Below, piece by piece: positions 25,700-39,400 of a DNA stretch of 64,000 nt; position 1 is the stretch's first letter, and every line of letters begins with the position of its first letter. The translations under genes were made by a program, and so were the position numbers. The notes beneath the pieces were generated by a model, which searched no databases, was not told the DNA's origin, and was given only the letters and a program-made list of their open reading frames with translations. Source of the stretch: Raillietiella orientalis (lineage: Eukaryota); contig JAYWIR010000054.1 in assembly GCA_036172245.1 (NCBI GenBank), positions 744,001-808,000 of the forward strand, in the 5' to 3' direction.

Positions 25700-26450
25700 T
25701 TGCTGGCTCGTTCGAGAAGCGCACGAACGGGACAGTCCTCACATGAAGCAGAAGAGATGCCACAGTAAGGACAGAGCCGTCACCAAAAGGATGTTTCGAA
25801 ACAAGTCTGTGCTTGCTGAAGACAAGCAAGAGTTTTCAAATGGTTACGTCACCGTACACCAAAAAGTTCAAAAAAACTAAGCGACAACCCTTCAAATGGA
25901 TTTCTTGAGGATGGAAAACGCGGGAGCGAATGAGCAACGAGATGGCGGAAAGATTGGAAGTCGATCATAGAATGCAGGTCTCAACCTTTTTGATCATCTA
26001 AGAGGCAGCGATAGAACGAGAACACACCAGAAAGAAGGCAACCTTGCGTGAATGACGATTCAAGTAGGAAAAAACCCATTTTCTTCAAAGACCCTGTGTC
26101 TTTGAAGAATCGTCCCACGCAGTGCGAAGAAAGAATCCTCGATCTTCCTCTGGACCGATCACAGTGTGTCAGAATTCCAGCATCAAGCATTTAGGTTCCA
26201 TTTTCTTTTTTTTTTTTTCATCCATTAAAGAAATTCTCCTGCGAAGTAGCGAGGGGTTGCCATTCAGTCCAAGAGGGTTGCAGCTTCCTTTCAAGGAAAG
26301 GGTCGTGGAGGCCGGTTTCCTTAATAATTTATCCGTTAGAATGCAACACTCCACGCCTTTCGCACTCCTCCACACAGGTCCACTATTCTTACTAGAGACC
26401 CCCACGAATTCACGTGGAACACGTTCTCCCCTTTCCCGTACTTTTCCTGT
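25700..26450 (-). mobile_element. Decayed LINE APE N-terminus
   Basis: SCNPLGLNG...RRRI (SxNVRGL-like) and HSRKVAFFL (SRGVAIL-like). Confidence 0.4.
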
Positions 26451-27399
26451 ACTTGAGACTCCTGAAAAGGGCCACCTGCGGGTTGTCTACAAGGTGCGCT
26501 GGCGCCTGAGTCTGCCGCTCTCAGTGGCGTCATTGCAACACGTGAGTACCAAATGCCACTCTCAGAAATCGGCTGCCAGCTGGCTCTCACCGTCTGTTAT
26601 TCGCACCCAGCATCAGGAGCCCGTGTGCCCTGTACGGCTTTTACTTCCGTGAACGCGGCGTCGCCGCCGAATCCACAGAGATTTCAGCAGTGGTGCTCAG
26701 ATTTGCTCAGCCTCTGCCAATTATTGCATCTGTAGCATGATTAAAGATTTGTCGGAATCGCTTCGCGCTCGAGTGGACGGATAATGGGTTGCCGTGGTAA
26801 TCGTTTTTCATGATATACCTTTAGATCATCCCGCTTCCTTCTCGAGCACCTTAAAACTATTAAATGCTCACGAATCAATGAGATCTAGGAGATACACGTT
26901 TTCATCCATCTCGGATGCAGGGGATGCAATCAGAGCACGGATCTGCAAGCAACCGAGTGTAATTCATATATTTCCAATCTCCCTTGCAGCAAGAGATTTT
27001 TATTTTTATTGGGTTAGTACTAACGGTGATTTATGGGTATCAGATGTTGAGTGGGTTGGTAAGGGGTGTTAATGATGATGTGGAAGGGGGTGTTGGGCTA
27101 AAGTCACACCATATTGTGTTGTGTTAATGGGGTTAGGGGATAGACGTGGAACTTTTTACTCCATGCAACTTCAGAATACAGAATGCTTTAGAGAAAAACG
27201 CATTGAAAACTACAGGAACCAAAATGGGACAAAAGCGGGACTTCGAGCTACACAGAGGGCTGTCTTTCTGTAGTAAAGGGACGCGAAGAGCAGTTGAAGA
27301 AAGGTGCGCTCGAGGTCGCAAGGTATTAAGCCTGATTTCTTAAGGTTCCAAATTAACGACAGTTCCTTCATTTGATTTCGCTACTTTGTATAGGTGCTC

Positions 27400-30300
27400 G
27401 CTAATTTCATCGGTCCAATATGAGGTCACTGATCTTTCTCCAGTTGTGAGTGCTGGGATGTAATCTTGTTGTCGCAGTTTTCCGTAACTTCAACTCACAG
27501 CAGCGTGCAGCGTTGCCGCGCAATTCATGCGGAGGAAAAGCTTAGAAACCAGGCGACGTCGAACTTTCGATGGCATTTTAGCAGGGCACTGCCTACACAG
27601 TTGTGGAATCTTTCATTTTTGATGTCACGAAGCGAGGTAAAGCTCATTCCGCAGAGCATCCGAGGTACGGTTCTCAAGCGTGCCCTCGACTTTGGGTTCA
27701 CATTCTGCACGACGGCAGACCCCCCCTTTGCATGACAGGAAGTCATTTCCGGCGACTTTTCAATGTTTGCTTCCACATGCAATGAGTGCTCTGATTTAAG
27801 CAAGGGAGTCTCATAGCAGGGGAGCTCAGTTCCAATTTCAAAAAGTTCACGCGGACCACACAGCAGAGAGACTCCTCGGGTTGAAAATGTGACCAGGCCG
27901 CAGCTTCCACAGCAGGAACTTTAGAGGGGAGGGATCGCAGCCGGTAGCAAATACATTCGGATACGTCTGGGACCAGCTGGATCAGCATTTTTTTTTCGAA
28001 GGTACTCTTCGGAATCGCATCTTGGGGTCGTTATCGACTCCACGCTGACGTGAGAAAACCTTTTGCTAATAAAACAAAATAAGCTGAGGTTGGAAAAATG
28101 TTGCTGTTCGTATGCAAAGCACGAGATGATGCATGGCTGCACGCCACAAGCTACAATTAAGAGGCACGCATTACGTTTCTTCCCTGTCTGCCTTTGTTTC
28201 TCTAAGATGGATAGCTGGAAGACATCTTTGAAGGAAAAAGCCATGGAGATGCACTGTTGAAAATAGGTCGCTCGATTAGCTGATATTTTGAATAGATAAG
28301 CAACTTCTCCTAAAAAAAATCTGATGAGGGAGATGCAGAAACGAATCCTCGCTCCTAATTCGAGATGCATGTAGTGACAAGCACGGCACTCCAAATTCTT
28401 CTGGGAGAAGTTTCATAAACAGGATCTTTTGCGATCATCGGACAAAAGTAGCTGTCTTCCAAGATATCGCAGTTTCCTCACAAGTAGTTGGAACGTCTAT
28501 TTTTTGAGGATGCGCCTATGGTTCTTCATAACGAACCAGAACAGTGGTCCTTGATCGAAAGTGGGTGGGAGGTCGACGAGTTTTCTTCCTTTTCTAGCAT
28601 GCAAGCAGGTAAAAATTACTACTGGCAGAAAAAATTCCACGCCCGTCTGGTCATCACGCTTAAGATGAGCTTGCTGGAAACGTCGGGAGAGATTAGGGAG
28701 CAAGTAACAGACTGAAAGATGTAGGGGTATCGGTGTGGTTGCTGATTTGCAGAGTCGGTTCTCAATGTTCATCTCGGAGGAGCACTGAGTTTCACGTGAA
28801 GGTAACAAATTGCACAAAGCGCACTCAAGCATAGCAACTGTATCGTGTCTGTTAATTACGTGAATTTTCGAAAATAGTGGTGGCGTTGGTACTATCGATC
28901 CAAAATAGTATATCTTTATCACCATTAGGAACTTAACAAGTAAAGGCTGTGACAAGAGTGATCGTCAGAAGAGGAAGCGAATTCGGCATCCACATGAGTT
29001 AGCGTGCAATGGCTCGTGGTCTCTTGCATTCGGGAAACGCGATGGCTCCTCCTTGAAAAGAAAAAGTTCCAGAAACATCCTGGATCCACCACTCTTCATT
29101 CTGTAACCCGCAAGACGAAGATCTCTTCCATTCTCTTAAGTGACACTGACAGGATGAAGGGTCACGCTGTGGGGCAAGAAGGCAATCAAATTGGAACTTC
29201 CTTGCTAGGAAAGTTCGACGAGCGGAAACTGGTTTCCATGGCTAGTGCACACGATCGTGGGCCTGGGTCTCTTGTCAGCATGTTGTCCACGTGATAGCCA
29301 AAAGCAAGGGAGTTCGGGGTGGTTCTCAAAATCAAGCACCCCTGCTGGTCGTCGGCGAAATTAGGTGGATTGATGTTTCAGCCGGGTTTCGACATGAGAT
29401 GAGCCACGTGGAGGCTAAAGTTTTGCCAATCATCCTCCAAAGTAACAAGAAGAAATCAATTGCGCTGCTGCTCATGGAGGCTTCCGCGGATTTCAATGCT
29501 TCAGCATGAAATAGATAGATGAAATGCGATCGAAGTGAAATTCAGACTAAAAAAAAAAAAAATTGCAGCTCAATCGTTGAACCGATAGATAAAATTTTGA
29601 AATCCTGTTGCCAGTTTTGCATAATCCTTTCCGTGTTGACAGAAGGGGCTAAGAACGCGGGAACCACTGCTGGCTTACCCAATGGTACAAAGATCGAGAT
29701 GAATATGCAAACAGAATGCTGGAGCGTGCAGACAGTAATTCTAAGTCATCCATTGCAGTGCTATATGAATTTGATCTCTTCCCCCGTGAATCTCAACAGA
29801 TCAAACCCAGTAGAATTGAGTCCATCTATGTAATCTCTGACCAACTGAGTTAACTAATTCCAATTTCAACAGCAAGGAATTCGTCCAAACGTGTTACATC
29901 AGACGATGCATTTGTAGTTTGGTGCAGCCCACCATTCTTCAGCAGTCCACAAATGGTAATGAAGGCACCGAAAACAAATGCAAAAGCTCTGTTGAGTGTG
30001 TACAACGTAGTGACATGCACTTTACTTCAGAGCTCTTGGTGATAGCGAAGACTCTGGTTCTCTCAACAAGAGCGTTTTGATTAAAGCGCTTGCTGTCATC
30101 GAGCATCATTTTGGTAATTGCAGAAGGCACTCTGCGTCAACCAAAGGTCACAAGTCTTGCTGTGCCCGATGGACACAGCACTTCTGTACTCTGCTTGACC
30201 TGCAGTGTATCTTCATCTGGTGTCTTTTCGGGTCCTTAGAAGTAACATTCCAATTTCGCCAGTGTACGATAGGCGGCTTGTTGAAGAGGTTTAAGGTTGC

Positions 30301-32260
30301 CTAAACGGAGTTTTTCTTTCCCTCAATTGCCACCTGAACCTCGACCCTTCCAGCTTCCTCGTTGTCGACGAGTAACCGTGGCGACTGCTACATGGCGGAT
30401 GTCCACGGATGAGAGGATTTTCGCGGTGAGGTGAGCGCTGTTTTTCGCAGCCTTGAGTTAGGCGTGGGGAGGTTTCGCTGTTGTCTCCAGTCCTCCTGGT
30501 TGCATTCCGAGTGCATGGCGGGAAAAAAGGTCCCAATTTACGAATAAGAATGGAAACAGTCATCCGCCCATTCATGAGCATTTGAAATATGGATCAGTGC
30601 AAAATCAGAAATCTCCAAATCGAAGACTTCGACCTAAACATGGAATAAAAAGCCTCGACGCTCACAACGACCGATTCCAAGAAAGGCGCTTATTTGCCCT
30701 TGTTTTCTGCACTCTGCTGTCACATCCAGCGAAACTTCGGACGCATTCATGCCTTCGGTGACCTCGACCAGGAAAGCTAGAAAATTCCGTCATGCACGCT
30801 TCACCGACTCGCGCTCACAATGGGTCAGTTTTTCCCCTGAACGTTTAATTACATCCCTCAAGGCTCTCCTGTTATCTGGAATCACCTTTTGCAATAATCT
30901 GACTAGATCAGTAAACAGGGATCCGTCAGTGGATCCTTGGCTACTGTTTGTATCTCCGCGGTGGCAAGCTGCAATCAGGAAACACGCATTCCCATCAAGC
31001 TCTGAAGAGCTTCAAAACTTCGACAGAATGGCGCAGGAGAGAGACGAATTCTGAGCTCGAGATCCTCGAGATGCAAGAAAAATGAAGCACTTTGAATGAG
31101 TCGTTTGTTCTTCATAAAAACTGCTTATGGCTGTATGAGACTACCACTGGCGCCTCAATGGAGACTACGGCAATTTTAAGTTCTGCTCGGAATTAGAACA
31201 AGGGAGTGTCATTCGCGTTGCGAGATCGGCCCAGCTACTCTGCGTCGTCATAGCACACTTCCAGCACTTCCTCTCCATAGTTTTTGCTATTTCAAACTTT
31301 ATTCACTGGCATGTGATAACAAGATCCCCACCATTAAGAACGCCATTTTTCTCGATGCTCATTACAGTAAACACAACCTGCTTCGCTCATCGCTTTTCAA
31401 GATTCGTGGGCATTTCACAACGCTACCCGGATGATCCAGACATCTTCAGATTAAGAAACAGAATTTCATCCTTGATTTTCTCAATCTCCACGTTCCTAGT
31501 CATCACCGTAGGAAGAATAAATAATGAACAAGAAAGCATAGGCCATCCCTCGACATGTGACCCACTGCAGCGCCTCCGGAGCTCCTCCTAGGCAATCCAC
31601 TCACGCCCAGATCTCGACGATCACTCTGGTATGGCACGGTTAATGCTCTGGAGCTTGGATCCGCACATAGTGTAGAGCGCTACTCCCAGCTAACATTCCA
31701 GAATTCGTATTCTCCTTCCAGACCGCATCGTAGTAATTGTAACCACCGAATGCCTAGGAACTTTCCATACACCACAGGCTGAACAACGCCAATCTGCTGC
31801 TGGCAAACGCTACCAGGCAAAGAATTCATCCGAATCTCTCATCCTTCCGTTCCGCAATGCATCACAATCGTCTTCCTCCCTGCACGTCGCATACCTCCTA
31901 GGTGGGAACCATTCCCCTTTAGCATCATCAAATCAACCGCCAGCTCGAAACTCTGAACGCGCGAATCCTCAACGACACCAGCAGCACGAACCCTAACACA
32001 GAGGATCACCTGTCCTCACCAATGGACACTGTAAATCTCATAGTCATCCTATTATCAGACGTCGTCCACCCGTCCACCCACCACTAGGACTCAGCGTCAT
32101 CCTCATATGAGTCAATCGACTTCCTATCCATCCTGGAAGACAGACCAGGAATTCCGTTCAAACACTGCCCAGAAATCTGCTGCATCAGTCACAGATTCAC
32201 ACATGTCCAGCTCAAGTTCATCAATCCTCCATGAAAATAGCAGACAGACTATCAGTGTAT
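27400..32260 (-). mobile_element. Near full-length, heavily decayed L1/Tx1-like LINE (ORF1-APE-RT-C-terminus)
   Basis: In order on the minus strand: VSGLPRR..GAAVGHMSRD (ORF1 knuckle, ~31590), NGRMTV (APE, ~30570), QAHDRVH (KAFDRV-like, ~29255) and RHDT (YADD position, ~28845). Confidence 0.55.
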
Positions 32261-33217
32261 TTCCAGCTAAGAAAAAAAAAAAATGAATTGTCGAGATTGC
32301 GTTTCTTTTCAGAGTCTTGACTGCTGGTCTAGGATCGCGAGAGCTGCGAGCGCGTGGACTGTGTCCTCTCTCTTCCGCGCGGCAGTTTCAGAGACCTCAT
32401 GAAAGGCATCTTATCAAAGCGGTGATCACTACAATGCGTTTCACCTGCGGGACTGTCCTGGAGAGGGTTGAACTCCGCCAACGAAGGCGAGTGGCAATCA
32501 GCCTCGCGTCCCACCAGTTCCGAAAGGCACTGCAGTGGCTCCGTCTGGATCCACGGCCCAGAGGAGGCGATGCAGGGGCGCAAGGGAGTGCAGGACATGC
32601 GTGATTCCCTCCCACACTCTTTGCATGACAGGAAACTTTTATCTCTTTCTTTGATCTTTCCCTCCGTTCCCCGCTTCCGGACGCTCACCCTCAATCGCGC
32701 AGCAGCGGCTTCCGTTCTTATTGTCTTCACTTTGTTTTTTTATGTGTTTCTTCGCTGAATAAACCTGGCGCGAGTCGCAGCACACGAAAGTTCAATGTTG
32801 CACTTGCCTGAGTTTCTGTGCATCTGACTCCCATCCAACCACCATGACGACAACGGAAGCAAGAGTTCAAAAACCGAAAAAAGAACGAGTACAAAGTTCA
32901 TCGATGCGCAGAAGAGAATGCGAGGCGTCAACGAGGGGGATGTAGTTATTTGGGTTTGAAAGTCAACGGTTCCAGGAGGAACAGCCACCACACTTTGGTA
33001 ACAGGACCGGCGATAACGAAAAACAATGGACACATCGCTAATGATGCTAACTGCAAAGATTTCCTCGCGTTCCAGTGGAAAAGAGTTCCATGTCCTGGCA
33101 GTTGCATGCGCCTTTCCGCGGAGCGCGTACAAAACCCTTCACGTCCCCAAAAGAGTTACCCTTCGGGTTCAAGTCGCGCCAGCCCAAACCGGAAATTCTT
33201 CCCAAAGACCCCTCTCT

Positions 33218-33274
33218 TCACCCCGCCTGCCAATGTGCCACCACGCTCGGAGCTCGCGTTGGCGGCGGTGGAAA
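33218..33274 (-). CDS. Possible terminal exon of the receptor (C-tail FPPPPTRAPSVVAHWQAG*)
   Basis: Acceptor catctcttccag after a 65-nt intron, phase 0, ends at TGA. Alternatives are read-through of the donor to the stop at 33169 or splicing further downstream. Confidence 0.35.
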   Translation of the reverse strand, partial: FPPPPTRAPSVVAHWQAG

Positions 33275-33339
33275 CTGGAAGAGATGACCATGCATGCGAT
33301 TCCGGGAGGTAGATCCCTGTGTCTTGTTGCCCAGCTTAC

Positions 33340-33478
33340 CTTCACGCAGCGGTGCCTGTTCAAATCGAACGAGCAGTGCACGAAAGGATTCATGCAAGAG
33401 TTGGCACAAGCGAACAAGAACAAGGATTTTTGGATTCTTTGGTCCAGAGAGTGATAGGATTCAGAATCGACCCAGAAC
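33340..33478 (-). CDS. AKHR: AKH/RPCH-type receptor coding exon 6 (ECL3, TM7), after a ~12.4-kb intron
   Basis: Acceptor ataattttag completes W (TG/G) in phase 2. Translates FWVDSESYHSLDQRIQKSLFLFACANSCMNPFVHCSFDLNRHRCVK. The DQRIQKxLFLFACxNSCMNP motif is characteristic of AKH receptors. Donor GTAAGC at 33339. Confidence 0.93.
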
Positions 33479-33519
33479 CTAAAATTATCATTTTCTTATG
33501 AAGACATACTTTTGGCTTT

Positions 33520-35570
33520 CTTTCAGTTCCAATTTTTTTCGAAAAAAAAAAAAAACATTCTCGTCGGTTGCGAAACTCGACTGACGCCAGCAGTGCCGCA
33601 TGCTGATGCCAAGGATCGTTTTCATGACGCAATCATGCAGGCAATCACGGATCGACAAAATTCGCTTCCCATGCGCAGGTTGCGGAAGTTTTGCCCATGG
33701 TTTATAGCAGGGCTTCGTATGCCCCCCTACCGGTGTTCCGAAGCGTCTATGTGGACGGGAAACCGGAACCTTGAGCTCTCGACTCGGGAAGAAACGTGGT
33801 GCTGGCGACCAGAGAGAATGGTGCCGTGGTGGGCAAGAGGTGCAAGACTTGCCGATGTCAGTAGCTCGAAAATCCCGGAGCCTTGCAGAGGAAAGCCGTA
33901 TCCCCGGGAGGGATTTCAGAAAGCGTGGAAGTGTGGAGGCAAATGTCGAGGATTGGCTCTCCACTTCTCCTCCAAAGCTGTGCGCATCACTATGGAGTGC
34001 AATCGTGTTAGGACTTGGATCCTGGGACTCGATCAATGATGAATTACCAGGAAAATTGAAAAATTCCCTAGAATGAAGCGGGACAAATTGGAAAGGAAAT
34101 TGTTTTTTCTAGCAAACAGAAAGCTATGGAGGAGAGCAAGTGTTTCTTGACAAGGGAAGTATGCTTGGAACCGTTTTGTGAAGACACATTGAAGAACGTG
34201 GAAAGAAGCATTGAATGAGCGGCTCGCAGTCGTGGTCCCTATTGCCGCAAGCACAGTTTCATCGAAAACCTAATCTTAATCCAGTACCTTCGGCTCGTCG
34301 GTCCGAATCAGATGTCGAAAATTATGCCATGTCGAGATAATTCGTTCCACTTTTCAGGATGTTTAAACTCTCGGTCGTACGTCATGCAATGGAAAATTCT
34401 TCTTCAATCTTCAACCGAACGCGAAACCAAGGATGACGCCGATCATGTTTCAAAACAACGTTATTGGCTATGCTTCCAAAGGTGACTACAAGTTCGTCAA
34501 CTGCAGCATCTCCTTTTCATGGAAAGAAGATGACATTTTCTGTAAAAGCGTCACCTAAACTCCGCAACATCACTCCAGAAATCGTTGCGCTCGAACTTCT
34601 GGGCATCTACCACAGTATTTCAAAGTGCCTCATTTAGCATTCCTATTCCGAGCCTCCTTCAGTTCAGAGGGCGAAGGAAAAGAGCTACTCGAACAAGAAC
34701 TTGTATGATGAAACTGAATGCTCGGGTTCCATAGATTTCTTTTCGTCCTCACTCACAGTACTGATATAGATGAGACAATGAAGGAAGTCCGGAGGGGTAT
34801 GGGATTAGAACTTCGAAGTCTGCAACTGATTCTTGGAGCGTCTCAGTAGAAAGGATGAAATGGGATGCCTTATACAACGAGAGGCTTTACAGCTCATAAG
34901 AAGTTAAAATCAGTCCGAGCATCAGTTCCCTTATCTGAGGTGCGAGGTGCGAAAAGGCTGTGGTTCGAGTGCTTCAGCTTCGAAGGATGAGAACTTCACG
35001 TAGCTAAAGAAGGCAGATTTCTCTTGACTCTTTTCATCTCGTGCATTAGGATGCATTAATGAACGTCAGAGAGTTGGAATTCACCTTTTCGGAAGATCAA
35101 GTATCCAGTAATAAAAAATGGTCACCGGACACAAAACTAGTAAAGTCTTCTTTTTTGTGTGTTGGAGGCAAATTTTAGACGATTCCTTTCCAATGAGTTT
35201 TGTTTTGATGAGAACTCACTTTCGTATCACCTTGACTCATCAAAACTGTCCTTAGCAGGAAACAAAGTATTTTTCCGAGGTAAGAATATCCAACTTCGTC
35301 TTTGAACAGAAGAAAAAGAAAAATAACTCTTCAATAACAAAGGGAGTCGACTCCTTTCGTTCATAGTTTTTCGATCTTATGTGGAAGCTGAAGCCGAAAG
35401 TGGAGCGGAACGAATCAAGAATAATTTTCCCAAGGAACAGGACTTTCCATTTCGAAGACACAGAAGACAACAAGGTGAACAAAGATTGAGGTACGGAGAC
35501 CTGGATCTAGAAAAGGTAATCAAAAAGGCAGAGAAATCTTTGCCCAGCCACACGGTGCCATATTAACTTG
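33520..35570 (+). mobile_element. Decayed LINE fragment (APE to RT start) in intron 5
   Basis: RITMECNRV, ERLAVV and LEKVIKKAEKSLP (KSPG-like), with many stops. Confidence 0.35.
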
Positions 35571-36227
35571 AGGGTTACCCTGAGCCCATCAAATGCCTGC
35601 ATTGGAATCAGTTATGGATGTTACTTTGAATGAATGGCCAAGGCACGAATTCAACTGAAGGGTGATAAAATTTAATGCTGCTATCTGATGCCACTGTAAC
35701 ATCGGAAAGATAAAGCTGAATGAAATGGAGCCACACGAAGCTTCAGATAAGAGCATATCGTGAACAGATTCTCCTCTGCATGAAACTGCACGATGGCCAA
35801 GATATCCACTTGGTGGACCACGCGGAGATTTAAAACCTCTAGGCAAATTATCGGAGAAAGCAATCGGAGACTCTGAAATAACTTTGTTTGGAATCATGTC
35901 TGTGATAATTTCAACCAGTTTCAATTTCATCAAAATGGGAATAGAGGAATGGATAAATTAGTGCTCTCAAAAGCATAATAGCAAGCAGGAAATGATCTAT
36001 GGGAGGACTTTGATACGGTAGTGCTTATGGGAACTATGTATGAAAAGTAGGAAGAGCAGCTGACGCTGGTGTTGCACCTCTATAGCATCAAAACCATCAT
36101 CAGCCTTATCCAGGTGCGAGCGGCTTAAAACGGTCTGGGAGAAGTTTTCCTTTTGTCTATCTTATGCATTGCAGTCTACTTTTCCTCTCAAGGTCAGGTC
36201 TCAGAAAGGCCTCTTTCAGGTCTCTCC

Positions 36228-39200
36228 CCGTGTGTTTTTAGATCGCATTGTTGGACGCCGTGCTGATCGCGCAGTCTGATTCGAGGAGGGTCGCGCATTG
36301 TTGGCCTCCATGTCGGTCGCGCGGGCTGACGTCACGACGCGCCCTGTGCTGTTCACGGGGCGTGCTTTTTCGAACACCGCGAATGCTGCCGTTCGAAAGC
36401 AGCGAGGCTCTCAAGTCGGCCTTGGATAAGGAAGGCACTGGCAGTCTGTCTACACGAAGCAAAGAAAATTTCCAGCTTGCAGTTTTCCCGCAACAAAAAA
36501 ACCGGCACGCTACGTTTCGCTGCAAAGCCAGATCTGAGGCGGGCAAGAATGCAAATTCTGTCCACTTTGTTCTTTTGACTAATGATGCTTCCACTTCGGA
36601 TCGAAAGCAGCGGGGAAAATGACCGTGGAAACATGGATCACGGATTTCCTTCAGTTTGGAGAGTGTGCCACAGGGCGGCTTATCACGATGACTGCCAGCC
36701 TTAGATGATTGGATTTGCATCAGTGTTGCAGATCGTGCCGTGATTACCAACACGTAAGCTTCGACTCCAGGGAATATGTAAGTCTCTGGTCTCCCAAGGA
36801 GTTGCAAAGAATGCATGAAAAACATCGCCAGGGAGACTGATGGATCCTTCGTGATGGAGAACCGTAGTGCACAGAACCAGAAGGTGAACACGTCTCGAAA
36901 TGTGCATCCAGGAAAGACAGAAATATTGCATCTGAATTCGTTTTCTTGGACGTCCTGCATTAGACTTAGAAGAGAAAACACTATCATAAGAACCTCTGAC
37001 GCTGCAAAACGAAGTCCAGTCGAGTAGATTCTGTACAGCAGCCAAACTTTCGGCTATCGAGACTGCGGGTTCGAATTCCGGCAGAGAATCATTGCGACAA
37101 AGACTTCTGGACCTAGTCATACAGGGAAGAACACCTCTTGCTATCCATGTTCCTTTCCTTTGAACGCGCATTCCTCATCCGACAACGGAGAACCTAGACG
37201 AAGAGTGGAAAGAGCTGCGGGAAAAGAAAAACCCTCACTTTCATTTCAGGGATCTTCTTTCGATGGACGTAAATCTACGTCACCTTCGACTGCCCTTCCT
37301 TTAGAGAAACGTACGAAAGGTCATTTCGAGATCTTGAGGGCATTCCAGTTTCTCCTTCCGAGGGGATACGACTGCCCATAGCACTCCTCAAAAGGACGAG
37401 TGAAGGACATCAAAAGGACATTGGAAGGAGTTGCGAAGTGCTCTTGGTTCAACTATTCTCGCCTATTTCTTCCGGCTCTCGCCCCTACTGAGATAAAGCA
37501 GTCCATTTTACTCAAGATAGCCAGATCTTCTCGTTCGGTTTTCTCAGAGATTCTCGGATGATCTTTAATTGGATCTCATTTTTTGGTCTTTTCTTCGTAT
37601 CGTTTCTCCTCGTCTGAGAACGCTTGGCTTGAGAACGCCGGTTCCATCTGGATGTAGGAATACTTCCCGTAGAGCAGGTAGCTGAGGGTGGAGTGATCTG
37701 CGGAGGCTTCGAAAGCGATGGAGGTCAAAGAAACCAAGGAAAGAAATCAGGTATCTCATCCTGGCTGGAGCAGAGACTGGAAACGCCATCATGGTTTTGA
37801 GAGTTCCTTCCTGACTGCTATTTATGCCGGGCATTTCTCAGGTGCGCAGCTGAGGGAGAAGTCCGGGAGAAGCAAGAAACCACAACTCGTGAATCGTCTT
37901 TGGGTTTCTCCTTGCAAGAGTCGAAGAGGGTCGCCGCCTCTCTGGCTTGAGCTTCTTTTGTGCCTTCTCCCCTACTCGTTCGAAAAGCTGACTCACATTC
38001 GATCCCAAGGGACCCAAAGCAAGCGGTTCGGGCGACAGAAGTGCAGCAGACCACAAAAATTTTCTGGTTGCCAGCCAGAGTGGACATCTGAATATCAAAA
38101 GTACTGTTTGTTGCTGCCAAAATCTGTAACCCGCAAATACCTACGCAAAGTCCAAAAAGCACCCATCACCCACCTCAACCTATCCACATCCTTTTCCATA
38201 AATATCGCAATCCTGAAACTACACTTTCATTTGTGGTTTCCTGTACCAGTGAGATGATAGCAAGCAGCAAGAGAGCACATGAGCTAATGAAACCGTTGCA
38301 GCTATTTAAAGTGACTCCAGTTAGCGGTATGCTAGGTATAACGACTCATGAAATGAAGACGCCCTTCGGAAGTCCCCAGTGACCTTGGACAATCATACAT
38401 ACACTCAAGGAAGGCTTCCTGAAGGAATGGTGAATTTTTTCAGTAAAATGAAACCACTGACGAAATAGTAGGAAATTCACCGTCAGTGCTGCCTGTGACT
38501 GCTGATGCCTTTTCCAGTGGGATTATGATAGACCAAGGAGGTACGTGCGTTCCCACAGTAAGAAAGTCATCAGCTCATCAACCCATGCTACAAGCTTTCA
38601 AAAGACAAATGCGCTCGTAGGGATCGCAACGTCCGCTATATCAATTCTAAATGACTTTAAAAAGCATTCTGAAGATTATAAGGGCTCACTTCTCAAAATG
38701 ACGAACGTCTTCCATCCCCATCCCTTCTTGAAAGTGGCAGACTAGAACATGCAGAAGTGGAGCTGCTCATTTAAAAGTTTGTTATGGCTGCAAACTTTTA
38801 AATGTTTCTGTTTGTTTAAAAACGGCTTAACATTGACGTTACAAATGATGAACAATTTGTCTTCCACTTCCTTTTCCTTGCATTTCCTACGGCTGTGTAT
38901 AATTCAGCCTACTGAGAGATGCTTTATTCTTTAGCAATTGCCTGCTCTTAAGAGCCGTCACATTATTCTTCCTGAGCTAAGATTAAGGTGAAACTAAAAT
39001 GAAGTCCGTGAAGCTTACAGCTGGAGAACAAAAAGGAATTCAAGACTTATATCGAGTATCAATTTTTCGCTTCCATTTCCTCTAATCGCGGCTTGCTCCT
39101 CACCATGTTCGCATCCTCTGTATGCAAACTCTACCAAAACCGCTTCTTTTGCTTAAGCTCTCAAACCCCGCTGTCAGTTTTGCTGTCAAGTCCGAACTCC

Positions 39201-39400
39201 GTTGGAAAGAGCAATGAGCTCCCGTGCGCCTTTCGTATGCTCCAGAAATGTTTACCTCCAAATTTTTGATGACTTACACGCACGATTATCATTAGTAAGA
39301 GGATTGCGGTCATATAAAACGCAGCCAGACCAGTACACTCCCATCCACTTAAGAGGCTGTCCCTGGCATGTGACGTCACAGAGAGCTAGTCAGCACGGTG
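36228..39400 (+). mobile_element. Decayed LINE with 5' monomer, ORF1, APE and RT remnants in intron 5
   Basis: 5' monomer homologous to 16475-16670, then VSGLPRSCKEC (ORF1), TAIYAG (APE) and SAISILNDFKK (RPISLLNxDYK-like). Confidence 0.55.

Noticed and set aside
27050..27140. G/T-rich tract read as telomeric repeat or G-quadruplex
   Set aside because: It has no regular repeat unit, and the G-runs are irregularly spaced.
32397..32615. Additional downstream receptor exon
   Set aside because: A donor-like CAG/GTGAAA exists, but there is no clear acceptor or recognisable receptor-tail similarity.
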